Source: a virus
Length of the DNA: 64,000 nucleotides
Reading direction: 5' to 3' (one strand)
Virus record (IMG/VR): IMGVR_UViG_3300030328_002321
Coordinates: 1 to 64,000 of that record
The position numbers and the translations under genes are program-made. The notes beneath the pieces are model-generated. The model was not told the DNA's origin. It made no database searches and saw nothing but the letters and a program-made list of their open reading frames with translations. This document shows, in pieces, positions 18,850 to 27,838 of the stretch. How positions within the stretch are numbered: position 1 is the first letter of the stretch; each line of letters opens with the position of its first letter.

Positions 18850-21112
18850 TCTGTTTTGCTATTTCTTTTTTACTCTGTATATCTTCTCTTTTAACAGCAG
18901 CAGCTTCTGAATTTCCTTGCATTTTTAATTCTAACTCTTGCTCTTTTAATTCTAATTCTCGTTTTTTAAGTTCAAAATCTTGAATCATTTTTTCTAGATT
19001 AAGAGAATTAGCATCTGTTTGATCTTTAGACTCTGCAGCTATTAAAGCAATTTCAATATCTTTTTGTCTATCTTTTTCTCTTTCAACCATCTCAGCTTCA
19101 AGTTGCATTTGTTGTGCTTCTAACTCTTGTTGTTGCATTTCTTGCTGAGCTTGTTGTTGAGCTTGTTCTAATTCTTGATTAGCTTTATCTGCAAGTTTAA
19201 GATTCTTTTTAATTTCAGTGAAACTGTCTGAGTCTAACATTTCAGCTATATCTCCTGGCTTAGCGCCATTTTGCATCATAGCTTGTGTTAATCCTTTGAT
19301 GTTTTGTAGTTTTTCTTGATCTTTACCTGCATCAGAAACAAATATACCATAATTAGTTTCCATATGTTCCATACTATTTACATCTAAATAATCTGTAGTA
19401 CCATCAGGCATTACAAACATTCCTTTTTTACCTGTTAACCATGCTTCTTTAGAATAGTCTAATAATGCTTGGAAATCTCTTTGTTCCATTCTTTCAAACT
19501 TTCTAAATAAATCTTCTGTAATATGTGATGATTGTAATATAGCTTGTTGTGAAGATGCTTTACCTTCATATGCTCCAATTTCACCTTGTCTTTGTCTACT
19601 TACACCAGAAATCTTTTCCCATTCCACTAATATAGAATCTAATAATGTAATATACTGACTTATAGTTTTTATAGACATATCCATAACAGATTGATGCTGT
19701 GGATTTAATTGTATTCCTTCTTTATTATAATCTACCCAAGCAATACCTGTACCTTCTACATAGTACATAAATTTATCCATATCCCATTTTTTAGGGATCA
19801 TATTAATATCAAATTGTGCAATTATATCTTTACTTCTTGCAATAGCAAGCTCTAATCTATATTTATAAATATTATAATTTAATTGATAAGGTATACCAAG
19901 TTTAACTAAAGATATATTTTTAGAATTTGTATCTGAATATCTTCTACCATTAATAGGTAATTTACATTTAGAAGGATTGTCTATAGATAATCTTTGGTTA
20001 AGAATAGGATTAACATTTACATATATTCTACCATCTATTCTTGTACCTTCCCATACTTCATTTACCCATTTCCATTCTAATTGTGCTCCTTGTTCTTTTA
20101 ATTCTGCAGGCATTCTAAATCCATCTTCAACTTCCATTTCTTCTAAAGCTCCTGTGTCTGGATCCATATAAGTTAAAAATCCTATTCTCTTTCTAGATTT
20201 CCAATATACATTTACAACTTCAATTAATCTATTTCTAAAAGCATTAGTATCTTTATTTGCAGAATTAGCATATAAAAAAGAAATATCACCTTCAGAATGT
20301 TTTGGTTCTTCAAGTTCTAGTATTTGTTGTTCTGATAAACTATCATAATATGCATCAATAACTGTAGATGCATGTACATACTTTCTAACTAATGCCCAAT
20401 CACCGTCTTCTACAAATTCTAAATCTGGATCAAGGTCATAGTCTACATCTAAAGGATTTAATATAGAATAATATGGTTCTCCATCTCTTACTCCTCTTTG
20501 TGTGTATGCTTCACCAGTTACTAAATAATGAAACCAAGCTTTTTGAATTTTATCATAAACTTCTTGTTCTTGCATTACATAGTTTAAAGTTTTTTGTCCT
20601 AATATAGCTCTATTGTCTACATAAGAACTTTCAAACATGTCTGCAATATGTTTAGGAGTTGGTATTTCTTCCATATTAGCACCTATATCTACTCCTTGTG
20701 CTTGTACTTCTTGTAAAAATCTTTGTCTTAAATTTTGTGCTATTGCTTCAGACTTTTCCATTTCTTTTAAAGTAAGGGCATCTGAGTTTTGTACTGTAAC
20801 AGTATAATTGAGAGGTCGTTTTGATTTTTCCCCTAGAAGAAGGTCAATTATGGGTTTAATGATGGGGTAGTTACGCATTTCAGAAGGGAAATTCTTACGG
20901 GCTTTGCCATAAGGTTTTAATACGTAATTATAATCTGCCTCATCAATTACACCGTTATAGTAATCATATAATATCTTAAGGTCATTCTTTTGTTTAGAAT
21001 GTGTTTGACCAGAATTAGAAAGATCTATAAATGCCTCCACACATTGTTCTCCCCATTTCTTATTCTTCTTATTAATCGAGAGCTTTTGCCTCGGTATTTT
21101 ATCGTATCCCAT
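18830..21112 (-). CDS. Portal protein
   Basis: 760 aa; NYPIIKPIIDLLLGE, WVNEVWEGTRI and ISGVSRQRQG motifs of crAss-like portals; near TerL. Confidence 0.9.
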   Translation of the reverse strand: MGYDKIPRQKLSINKKNKKWGEQCVEAFIDLSNSGQTHSKQKNDLKILYDYYNGVIDEADYNYVLKPYGKARKNFPSEMRNYPIIKPIIDLLLGEKSKRPLNYTVTVQNSDALTLKEMEKSEAIAQNLRQRFLQEVQAQGVDIGANMEEIPTPKHIADMFESSYVDNRAILGQKTLNYVMQEQEVYDKIQKAWFHYLVTGEAYTQRGVRDGEPYYSILNPLDVDYDLDPDLEFVEDGDWALVRKYVHASTVIDAYYDSLSEQQILELEEPKHSEGDISFLYANSANKDTNAFRNRLIEVVNVYWKSRKRIGFLTYMDPDTGALEEMEVEDGFRMPAELKEQGAQLEWKWVNEVWEGTRIDGRIYVNVNPILNQRLSIDNPSKCKLPINGRRYSDTNSKNISLVKLGIPYQLNYNIYKYRLELAIARSKDIIAQFDINMIPKKWDMDKFMYYVEGTGIAWVDYNKEGIQLNPQHQSVMDMSIKTISQYITLLDSILVEWEKISGVSRQRQGEIGAYEGKASSQQAILQSSHITEDLFRKFERMEQRDFQALLDYSKEAWLTGKKGMFVMPDGTTDYLDVNSMEHMETNYGIFVSDAGKDQEKLQNIKGLTQAMMQNGAKPGDIAEMLDSDSFTEIKKNLKLADKANQELEQAQQQAQQEMQQQELEAQQMQLEAEMVEREKDRQKDIEIALIAAESKDQTDANSLNLEKMIQDFELKKRELELKEQELELKMQGNSEAAAVKREDIQSKKEIAKQNANKPR

Positions 21113-21118
21113 AATTTA

Positions 21119-21126
21119 CAAATTTA
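21119..21126 (-). promoter_or_regulatory. Bacteroidota -7 element (TAAATTTG) just before the portal ATG
   Basis: TAnnTTTG match 6 nt upstream of ATG 21112, in an intergenic gap. Confidence 0.5.
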
Positions 21127-21189
21127 CCTATTTTTTTGTTTGATTTTAACCTTAATACTAATTACTATTATAATATTATAGATATACCA

Positions 21190-21525
21190 CTATAAGTAAT
21201 TGCATATATCATATAAACTATATTTTAAAGTTAATTCTTCTCCTGCTTCTATTTTACGTAATGTTTTTATTACTTTATAATGATAATCATCATCTTTATC
21301 TAGTAATTCACAATTAGGATTATCATTATGATTAATAAATCCTCCTAATGGAGTTCTAATATAATCATGTTGAAAATTTGGATCATAAATGTGAGTAATA
21401 CCTATAACTACCTCTCCCGGAATATCTTCTTTTGCTAGGATCCCCGCTCCGTGAATATCTGATGGTCCAATCGCCAAGTATTCTGGTAGAGGGTTATAAG
21501 GTTTATTGTCTTTTTCTTTATTCAT
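21190..21525 (-). CDS. Minimal SET-domain protein (lysine methyltransferase-like)
   Basis: SDIHGAGILAKEDI (motif I), FINHNDNPNC (NHxxxPN) and IEAGEELTLKY (ELxxxY). Confidence 0.9.
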   Translation of the reverse strand: MNKEKDNKPYNPLPEYLAIGPSDIHGAGILAKEDIPGEVVIGITHIYDPNFQHDYIRTPLGGFINHNDNPNCELLDKDDDYHYKVIKTLRKIEAGEELTLKYSLYDICNYL

Positions 21526-21526
21526 A

Positions 21527-23491
21527 TTAATAATAGTTTTGTTCGAACCACTTATCTGTAGCTCTATCTTCTAATATATCTTTAACTTCCGCATTATAAA
21601 GTTCTCGTGTATGATACATTCCAATCATTAGTGACATTACACGGTCAAAGTTACCCTTGTGATTAAATTTAATTAATTCTGTTAATAAAGCAGGGTCATA
21701 TATTTTATGTAAATTTAGTAATTTTTTTCCTGACTCCTCTGTACTTCTAACAGTGTTTAGCCAGTCTCTTATATATATCTCACCTTGACGCTTCCTTGCT
21801 TCGGTCATATGCATACCATATTGACGTTTTACGTTCTTACTTCTTAACTCTTTTTTGTCTAACATCTCAAATTCTTCTTGCAACTTATGCATTTTTCTAA
21901 ATCTTTTTGCATAAGCTATTACCTCACCTCTATCATTCTCAAATCCTATTTTACACCCATAATAATCTGCTAACATAAACAAATTTCTGTTATAATCATC
22001 TTGTGTATGTGGTCTTCCTACATATGATGCTACAATTATATCATCTGGTTGTGATAAATTGTTAGGTCTTTTTAATACATATGCTGATCCTAAAGATGTG
22101 CTATCTGCAGATTGATTTTGACCATAAGGGTCATGGCATATTACATATAAATTTACTGGAACTTGTTGTTGTTCATTTCTATAAGGTGATTCATATATTA
22201 CAACTGCCCCTGTTTTATCATCATCTTTTCTGTGTGGAAATTTAGTAATAGGTTTTAAATCACCATCTATTTTAAACTTAACTTCTCCTTTTTCGTTATG
22301 ATATAATTTACCTGCAGTACCTATTGCTTGTAAATTTCTAGCTTTTACATTATTATATTGTTCTTGTAATGATGCAATATCAAATAGGTTAGCTGTTATT
22401 TGTAATGTAGCTTCTTGGGGAGAAAAGGGGTGCTCAGCTATATATTGGTCTAAAGATTTTGCATCTGCAGCCCCTTTTTTCTTTTCCCTCATTGTTTCTT
22501 CATATTCTATAGCTTCTTGTTGCTTAGAATTACCGTCATCATCTATAAATCCATCTAAATTCTTTTGTATTGGAATAAAGTATCCACATCTTGTACCTAG
22601 TGCTCCTTCATCCCATATATTTTCATAATCCATACAATCATATGCTGCTGGATTATAAAATATTTCTTCCATAGCTTCAAAATCAGATCCTTCTGTACCA
22701 CCTGTACCAAAAGCTACCATCATTCCTAAAGTTTTAGCACCTTGTCTCATTGTTGGCATTGTTACCTCCCATGCTTTTAATAATCCTGGAAATGATCCTG
22801 CTTCTTCAAAGAAAACTAATTCACCTGCCTTACCCCTTACTTTATCTGGATTATCTTTTAAAGATACCCCCATAATTTGAGACTTCATCCCCATTTCTAT
22901 CTCCATTCCATTTATCTTTTTCTTATATCCAGACATTTTATGCATTTCTCTATCTCTTAACCGAGGTTGAGCCCAAGCAGTATGATCATCTATAAAAGAT
23001 AAAAACTCCCAAGCTTTTGAGAGTAATCCATCACCAATTAAAAATTCTTTAGAGGATGCAAATACAAAGTTTTTACTATTCCTAACAAAAAAGTAATTTC
23101 TAGCAAGCATAGATCCGGCTTTATAGGAATATCCCTTACGCCTTGCTTTTAAAACTATCATATGCTTATTTTCTGCTCTAGCTTTATCTATTTCATGAAA
23201 ATATTCATAATCTCCATCATAAAATCTTGGGAATGTACGTTCACGTTTTGCTTGTATTGATCCATCAGGTAATACTTCATCTACAGCTCTATCGATAGGA
23301 CAATAGTTTAAATAAAAGTAATGAAAACCTGTGATATGTAATTCATCTATAGTATACCCATACATACATCTATTTTGTTCTTCATCCCAGAACTCATAGT
23401 ATTCTCTAGTTCCTGGAAGTGCAGATGTATAGTGTCCGTATTTTATAAAGTTAACGGCGGCAGGTCTGACTCTGTCTGTTTCTTTGAGCAT
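21527..23491 (-). CDS. terL: Terminase large subunit
   Basis: LKARRKGYSYK Walker A, FFEEAG Walker B, GTGG coupling motif, RNase H-like domain (CHDPY, NFDRVMS). Confidence 0.95.
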   Translation of the reverse strand: MLKETDRVRPAAVNFIKYGHYTSALPGTREYYEFWDEEQNRCMYGYTIDELHITGFHYFYLNYCPIDRAVDEVLPDGSIQAKRERTFPRFYDGDYEYFHEIDKARAENKHMIVLKARRKGYSYKAGSMLARNYFFVRNSKNFVFASSKEFLIGDGLLSKAWEFLSFIDDHTAWAQPRLRDREMHKMSGYKKKINGMEIEMGMKSQIMGVSLKDNPDKVRGKAGELVFFEEAGSFPGLLKAWEVTMPTMRQGAKTLGMMVAFGTGGTEGSDFEAMEEIFYNPAAYDCMDYENIWDEGALGTRCGYFIPIQKNLDGFIDDDGNSKQQEAIEYEETMREKKKGAADAKSLDQYIAEHPFSPQEATLQITANLFDIASLQEQYNNVKARNLQAIGTAGKLYHNEKGEVKFKIDGDLKPITKFPHRKDDDKTGAVVIYESPYRNEQQQVPVNLYVICHDPYGQNQSADSTSLGSAYVLKRPNNLSQPDDIIVASYVGRPHTQDDYNRNLFMLADYYGCKIGFENDRGEVIAYAKRFRKMHKLQEEFEMLDKKELRSKNVKRQYGMHMTEARKRQGEIYIRDWLNTVRSTEESGKKLLNLHKIYDPALLTELIKFNHKGNFDRVMSLMIGMYHTRELYNAEVKDILEDRATDKWFEQNYY

Positions 23492-23742
23492 TTATCTTTT
23501 ATTTTAACTAATTCTGAACATTTTTCATATTCTTCTGTACTTGTAAAATATTCTATTACAATATCTATTATATCTGGAGTTCTACCATCATCTATGATTG
23601 GATCAAAGGGTAAAGGAAAGCGATCTATGCTATCATTCTCTAAATCATAATAAATATCGTCAATAGTCTTTTTTTTAGTTATTATCATGTAAGCATTTTG
23701 CATTGCCTCATTATAAAGCTCTATATCTTCTAAATAATCCAT
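23443..23742 (-). CDS. Hypothetical protein
   Basis: IEYFTSTEEYEKCSEL, a UVR-like helical motif; overlaps terL. Confidence 0.5.
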   Translation of the reverse strand: MDYLEDIELYNEAMQNAYMIITKKKTIDDIYYDLENDSIDRFPLPFDPIIDDGRTPDIIDIVIEYFTSTEEYEKCSELVKIKDKCSKKQTESDLPPLTL

Positions 23743-24263
23743 TACATACTATATTTATTCACTTCTATTCCACCTCTATTTGTATTAGCGGCTTGTTCTT
23801 CTTTTTTAACTATTTCTTCTAAATTTCTAAGACCATCTACTACCTTACCCATTTTTTCTAAGTTATTAATTAGGTCTTTAGCATGAAAAATTGGTCGACC
23901 ATTATCATCTATTAAAGTTAAATCTATATCTCTAAAATATTTTTCTAATTTTATTACAGATTCTCTTGCAGCTCTTAATAATCTAACTGCAGATGTTTCT
24001 ATTAATTTATCATACTTTTTACACGCTGCTAATATTTTAGGGGTAGGTGTAAACTTACTTTCTGCTCCAAATATACTATTTTTTACTTCAACTATACGCT
24101 GTTCCCATTCATAAACAGAAAAAGGTGATTTATGATCTGTTGTAAAGTATACAAAAGCAAGTTCTTTTGGTTTTAATTCTTTGAATTCTAATATAGTTAA
24201 AGCATATCCACTAAGAACAGCTTTATTATCTACTATGTGTATTAAATCATCTCTCAGACTCAT
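23742..24263 (-). CDS. Putative terminase small subunit / crAss conserved protein
   Basis: Helical 173-aa protein ending NRGG..., two genes upstream of terL. Confidence 0.45.
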   Translation of the reverse strand: MSLRDDLIHIVDNKAVLSGYALTILEFKELKPKELAFVYFTTDHKSPFSVYEWEQRIVEVKNSIFGAESKFTPTPKILAACKKYDKLIETSAVRLLRAARESVIKLEKYFRDIDLTLIDDNGRPIFHAKDLINNLEKMGKVVDGLRNLEEIVKKEEQAANTNRGGIEVNKYSM

Positions 24264-24513
24264 TTTCTTTTTTTAAATTTTCTAAAGCTTGTAATATTGT
24301 AGGAAATTGCATACAATAATCATATAATATCTTTTCATCTTCTGTATGCTTTTTCTTATTGTTATGTATTAAAACATATTTAAATAAAGCTTCTATATTA
24401 TTTTGTAACTGTTTTTCTTGATTACGTATTAGCATATATGCATCATAATCAATTTTCTTAGGTGCTCCATTAAGGAAAATTTTTTTCTTAGTTTTCTTTT
24501 GACTCTTTATCAT
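24247..24513 (-). CDS. Hypothetical protein
   Basis: ORF in a packed operon, overlapping its neighbours. Confidence 0.55.
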   Translation of the reverse strand: MIKSQKKTKKKIFLNGAPKKIDYDAYMLIRNQEKQLQNNIEALFKYVLIHNNKKKHTEDEKILYDYCMQFPTILQALENLKKENESER

Positions 24514-24730
24514 TATTTTTTTTATTTTTTAAAGCAGTTAAATATTTAACTCTATTTGGATTCACAGAAAACTTACCAAAATAAGGAAGTCTTACCATTT
24601 CAAATTTTCCCTTTTTCATAACTTTCTCTACAAATTTAAACTGATGATTTACTATTTGTTCTATTTTTTGTAGAGGCAACTTATATTTAGTTGCTAGTAG
24701 CTGTATTATCGCCTTTTTGTCTTTGGCCAT
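24488..24730 (-). CDS. HU/IHF-like DNA-binding protein
   Basis: Lys-rich 80 aa; helix-helix followed by VRLPYFGKFSV, the HU/IHF VxLxGFGxF signature. Confidence 0.7.
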   Translation of the reverse strand: MAKDKKAIIQLLATKYKLPLQKIEQIVNHQFKFVEKVMKKGKFEMVRLPYFGKFSVNPNRVKYLTALKNKKNNDKESKEN

Positions 24731-25004
24731 CTAATATTTGTTTTTTCCATCTTTGTGGTTTATCTGGACATGTAGTTGTTTTCCACTTTGCTTTATGTTC
24801 TAATAAACATCCACATAATCCGCATCTCATCTGAGGCTTTAAAACATGTTCACAATTATTACACGCTTCTAATCTTTGTACATAATCTTCTGTTGTTACA
24901 TTTGGTGCTCCTTGTTTTACATATTCTTTTAGATCTCTTGCAAAAGAACTAATCATATTAAATAATGAAGGCGGTTGTATCTTAGGATCTTCTGGATTAT
25001 TCAT
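24687..25004 (-). CDS. Small Cys-rich (Zn-binding) protein
   Basis: RLEACNNC...RCGLCGC...KAKW...CP...W pattern. Confidence 0.65.
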   Translation of the reverse strand: MNNPEDPKIQPPSLFNMISSFARDLKEYVKQGAPNVTTEDYVQRLEACNNCEHVLKPQMRCGLCGCLLEHKAKWKTTTCPDKPQRWKKQILDGQRQKGDNTATSN

Positions 25005-25113
25005 AATAATTTATTTTAATCGTTAATAATTCTCCATTTCTATCTTGTAGTATTATTATTTCCATATCTCCTATTTCAAAATAGGATGGAACTATTTCTT
25101 CGAATATTCTCAT
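24997..25113 (-). CDS. Small hypothetical protein, 38 aa (absent from the ORF track)
   Basis: Manual translation MRIFEEIVPSYFEIGDMEIIILQDRNGELLTIKINYYE; fills the gap with coupled start and stop codons. Confidence 0.5.
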   Translation of the reverse strand: MRIFEEIVPSYFEIGDMEIIILQDRNGELLTIKINYYE

Positions 25114-25460
25114 TAGTCTTTCTTTATTATTACTTCTACAAAAGAAGTATCTGGATTTAAAAAAGGATTTAACGAATATATATTATTATTTTTATTCAAA
25201 ACTCCTTTATCCTTAAATCTTTTTACATAATTATTTAAAGTATTATAATCTTTTATTCCTACTATCCTTGCAACCTCTCTTTTATTTTTTACACTGCATA
25301 TATTTTCTTCACTAGTAATATTCTGTACATCTATAAATGCAGATAGTATTTGCATACCTTTTTCCGTTAAATTAAAAATACCATTCCATAATTGTACGTA
25401 TTTATACGTAGTATCTATATTAACAGTAATTTTTTTCCTATTTTCTTTTTTCTTTGTCAT
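25113..25460 (-). CDS. Winged-helix DNA-binding protein (RepL-like)
   Basis: LTEKGMQIL...REVARIVGI...LNNYVKRFKDKGVL...YSLNP. Confidence 0.6.
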   Translation of the reverse strand: MTKKKENRKKITVNIDTTYKYVQLWNGIFNLTEKGMQILSAFIDVQNITSEENICSVKNKREVARIVGIKDYNTLNNYVKRFKDKGVLNKNNNIYSLNPFLNPDTSFVEVIIKKD

Positions 25461-25641
25461 TTTCTAGTATTTTAATAAGACCATTTTGTGTGTTTAACGG
25501 TCTTGAGTTTTTAAATGTACGGTATTCTTCAGGATTAAATATAAGTTTAACTTCTCTTACTAATTTATTATCATCATATTTTACAATCCATCTATTTTTA
25601 TAGTGCATTTTCTTTCTTTTCAACTGTGCTAAATAACTCAT
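25438..25641 (-). CDS. Hypothetical basic protein
   Basis: ORF coupled to its neighbours. Confidence 0.55.
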   Translation of the reverse strand: MSYLAQLKRKKMHYKNRWIVKYDDNKLVREVKLIFNPEEYRTFKNSRPLNTQNGLIKILENDKEKRK

Positions 25642-25877
25642 TTCTTTTGCATTTTAACTGTTCCGTTTGTATCTATTTCAATAATAGAAGATTTAGATTG
25701 TTTATTAAACTCTGTAACATATGGGGCTATATCCGTACGAGTTACTAAAAATGATAAGAATACTTGTAATTCTTTTAATAATCTATCACTTTTTTCTTGT
25801 AACTCAATAGTTTTTATCTTAGCATCTAATAATGCATGATAATCTTCAAGTTTTAGAGTAACTTGGCCTTTTACCAC
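25638..25877 (-). CDS. Hypothetical protein
   Basis: VTLKLEDYHALL N-terminus, coiled coil; coupled to groES. Confidence 0.55.
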   Translation of the reverse strand: MVKGQVTLKLEDYHALLDAKIKTIELQEKSDRLLKELQVFLSFLVTRTDIAPYVTEFNKQSKSSIIEIDTNGTVKMQKK

Positions 25878-26140
25878 TTTCCTAATATTTGATGTTCTGA
25901 TATAATTAAATATAACTGACCATCAATCTCTGTTCTTGCAGCTTCTGATCTAGGATCTACCATAACAGTATCCCCTTTTTCTACAAAATGACAATTAGGT
26001 CCAACAGCTAGCGCCTCCAAAACGTTTGATCGCTTTGCATTTTCCTTAGCTGTAGCCTCATCTAAGATTATTCCTGATTCTGTTTCTGTAATTACTGGGT
26101 CTGGAAGGACAACCCACGATCCACTTGGTTTAAAATTCAT
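25871..26140 (-). CDS. groES: Co-chaperonin GroES-like protein
   Basis: FKPSGSWVV, ETESGIIL mobile loop, AVGP, VEKGDTV and YLIISEHQILG. Confidence 0.85.
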   Translation of the reverse strand: MNFKPSGSWVVLPDPVITETESGIILDEATAKENAKRSNVLEALAVGPNCHFVEKGDTVMVDPRSEAARTEIDGQLYLIISEHQILGKW

Positions 26141-26157
26141 ATCTATATATTTTTATG

Positions 26158-26190
26158 CAAATATATAAACAAATTTTTTATAGTTCCAAA
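26158..26190 (-). promoter_or_regulatory. Bacteroidota sigma-A promoter for the groES-terminase operon
   Basis: TTTG (26190-26187), 21-nt spacer, TATATTTG (26165-26158). Confidence 0.7.
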
Positions 26191-26199
26191 TATTTTAAA

Positions 26200-26468
26200 G
26201 AAAAGTTTTAATACGAGAGAATTAGATATAACTCTCCCCCTTGAGGATTCTATTTCAAGTTGTGATTTCACTCTAGCAGTGCTCCGTTTTACGGGACCCA
26301 AGGATACTAAAACTGGTGTTAATTCACCGCACTTACCTGTGTGCATTGTATCCTAACTAGAGCTTATACGTTAACTCTTTTGCAACTACCGGAGAAAACT
26401 CTATCTCTATTTGAGACTACAATCCGATGTCTAATCCCTTTTTTGTTTACCGGGGGATGATAATGTTG
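26200..26468 (-). ncRNA. Candidate structured non-coding RNA (about 250 nt)
   Basis: Raised GC, nested inverted repeats, its own promoter upstream and a second promoter downstream. Confidence 0.55.
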
Positions 26469-26473
26469 CAGTG

Positions 26474-26504
26474 CAAAATTAATAAAAATATATTACAATG
26501 CAAA
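26474..26504 (-). promoter_or_regulatory. Bacteroidota sigma-A promoter driving the candidate ncRNA
   Basis: TTTG (26504-26501), 19-nt spacer, TAATTTTG (26481-26474). Confidence 0.7.
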
Positions 26505-26745
26505 TAAAAACACACAAATCATTAATAAAATATATATGACAGGAGAAATATCAAATTTTTTCATACTACAAATATACCTACCCTGATCTCTAGGGATGTT
26601 AAGGAAATGTTAAATTTTAAAATAAAAAAAATTTTTTTTGATGGGTTTGTGAACGTGTGAACCAACACAATCAAAGACCCCCGCTATGCTACGCACTTAA
26701 AACACCCCGCATTGGGATTGTTAGTGTTAATACATAATTTGCCTT

Positions 26746-27000
26746 ATGGATAATCCAATTTTAGCGACGTATATACGTCCAACTCAATCACTCAACCACG
26801 TAATGGTTGCGTATCAACCTAATATATTCTCTACTAATAAGATTATTGCTTATGTAAAGAATAGTGACTTTTTTAAATCCTTTGTTAAAGGACAAGAGTT
26901 TAAATTACCAGCTAATCCTCGTCCTGAATTTCGTTTCACCGAAGATGGAGAGAGATATGAGTATTCTGATGGTACACCGCAAGTGTATTTAGAGTGGTAA
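26746..27000 (+). CDS. Hypothetical early protein
   Basis: First plus-strand ORF, followed by a terminator. Confidence 0.6.
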   Translation: MDNPILATYIRPTQSLNHVMVAYQPNIFSTNKIIAYVKNSDFFKSFVKGQEFKLPANPRPEFRFTEDGERYEYSDGTPQVYLEW

Positions 27001-27003
27001 GAT

Positions 27004-27024
27004 AAGGGACTTTGTCCCTTTTTT
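27004..27024 (+). terminator. Rho-independent terminator
   Basis: AAGGGAC-TTT-GTCCCTT followed by TTTT. Confidence 0.65.
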
Positions 27025-27179
27025 CTACCACAATCAAAACAATTACGCACACACGGTCAACAGACCTTTGCTAAACTTCGCAAGTTTGTAAGTGTGCAAG
27101 TCAGGTCGTATTCACCACTTTTTACCACAATCTGACACTCAATCAATTTAATCACATAACATAATATAACATTAGTAAT

Positions 27180-27536
27180 ATGAAATACGTTAGAACACAA
27201 CTAAAAGATGCTCACACTACAAGAGATGGTGTAGTATCTAAAATAGCTGACCTTACAACTAGTCATTTAAATAACATTATAAAGTTTTGGACAATAAGAG
27301 CATATCATGGAGTATCAGTATCATATCCACCAATGGATGATGGTAAAGGAAATGTATGTGAAGATGGTGGCAAGCTTTATTATGACGGAGTAGCTATATT
27401 AAGAGAAATAAGTTTATTATCATACATTATAGAATACAATAAAAGAGATAATTGCTTTGCTGATTACAATGCAATATGTAAAGAAGTTGGCGGTAATGGT
27501 AGTATTCGTGATGAATATCCTTATGACTGGGATTAA
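27180..27536 (+). CDS. Hypothetical early protein
   Basis: HTTRDG...IADLTTSHLNNII, a pattern common in small phage proteins. Confidence 0.65.
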   Translation: MKYVRTQLKDAHTTRDGVVSKIADLTTSHLNNIIKFWTIRAYHGVSVSYPPMDDGKGNVCEDGGKLYYDGVAILREISLLSYIIEYNKRDNCFADYNAICKEVGGNGSIRDEYPYDWD

Positions 27537-27562
27537 ATTATTAACTAAACATAAATAAAGAA

Positions 27563-27838
27563 ATGGAAACAATAGTATTTTTATTAGGCATTCTATCTGC
27601 CTACGCATTTGGCTTTATGTCAGGCATATTATTTGATAGATATAAATATAATAAATTAATAGAAAAAGATATAAAACTGCAACAAGCAGAAGAATTATCT
27701 AAAACTAGAAAGAATAAAACTCCAAGACCTATTAGTAAAAAGATAGTCTATGATTTAAATGATGATAGATTACCAACAGGTTTTGGCACATTTGGAACAG
27801 GGAACAGTAATGGTCCATCTAAAGAAGCAACAATATAA
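27563..27838 (+). CDS. Small membrane-anchored early protein
   Basis: N-terminal TM helix IVFLLGILSAYAFGFMSGILF. Confidence 0.65.
   Translation: METIVFLLGILSAYAFGFMSGILFDRYKYNKLIEKDIKLQQAEELSKTRKNKTPRPISKKIVYDLNDDRLPTGFGTFGTGNSNGPSKEATI

Noticed and set aside
26143-26346. 67-aa minus-strand ORF
   Set aside because: It overlaps the groES promoter and the structured RNA candidate, has atypical composition and shows no recognisable motif
27770-27810. GFGTFG resembling dUTPase motif 5
   Set aside because: No other dUTPase motifs are present, and the protein is a short membrane-anchored peptide
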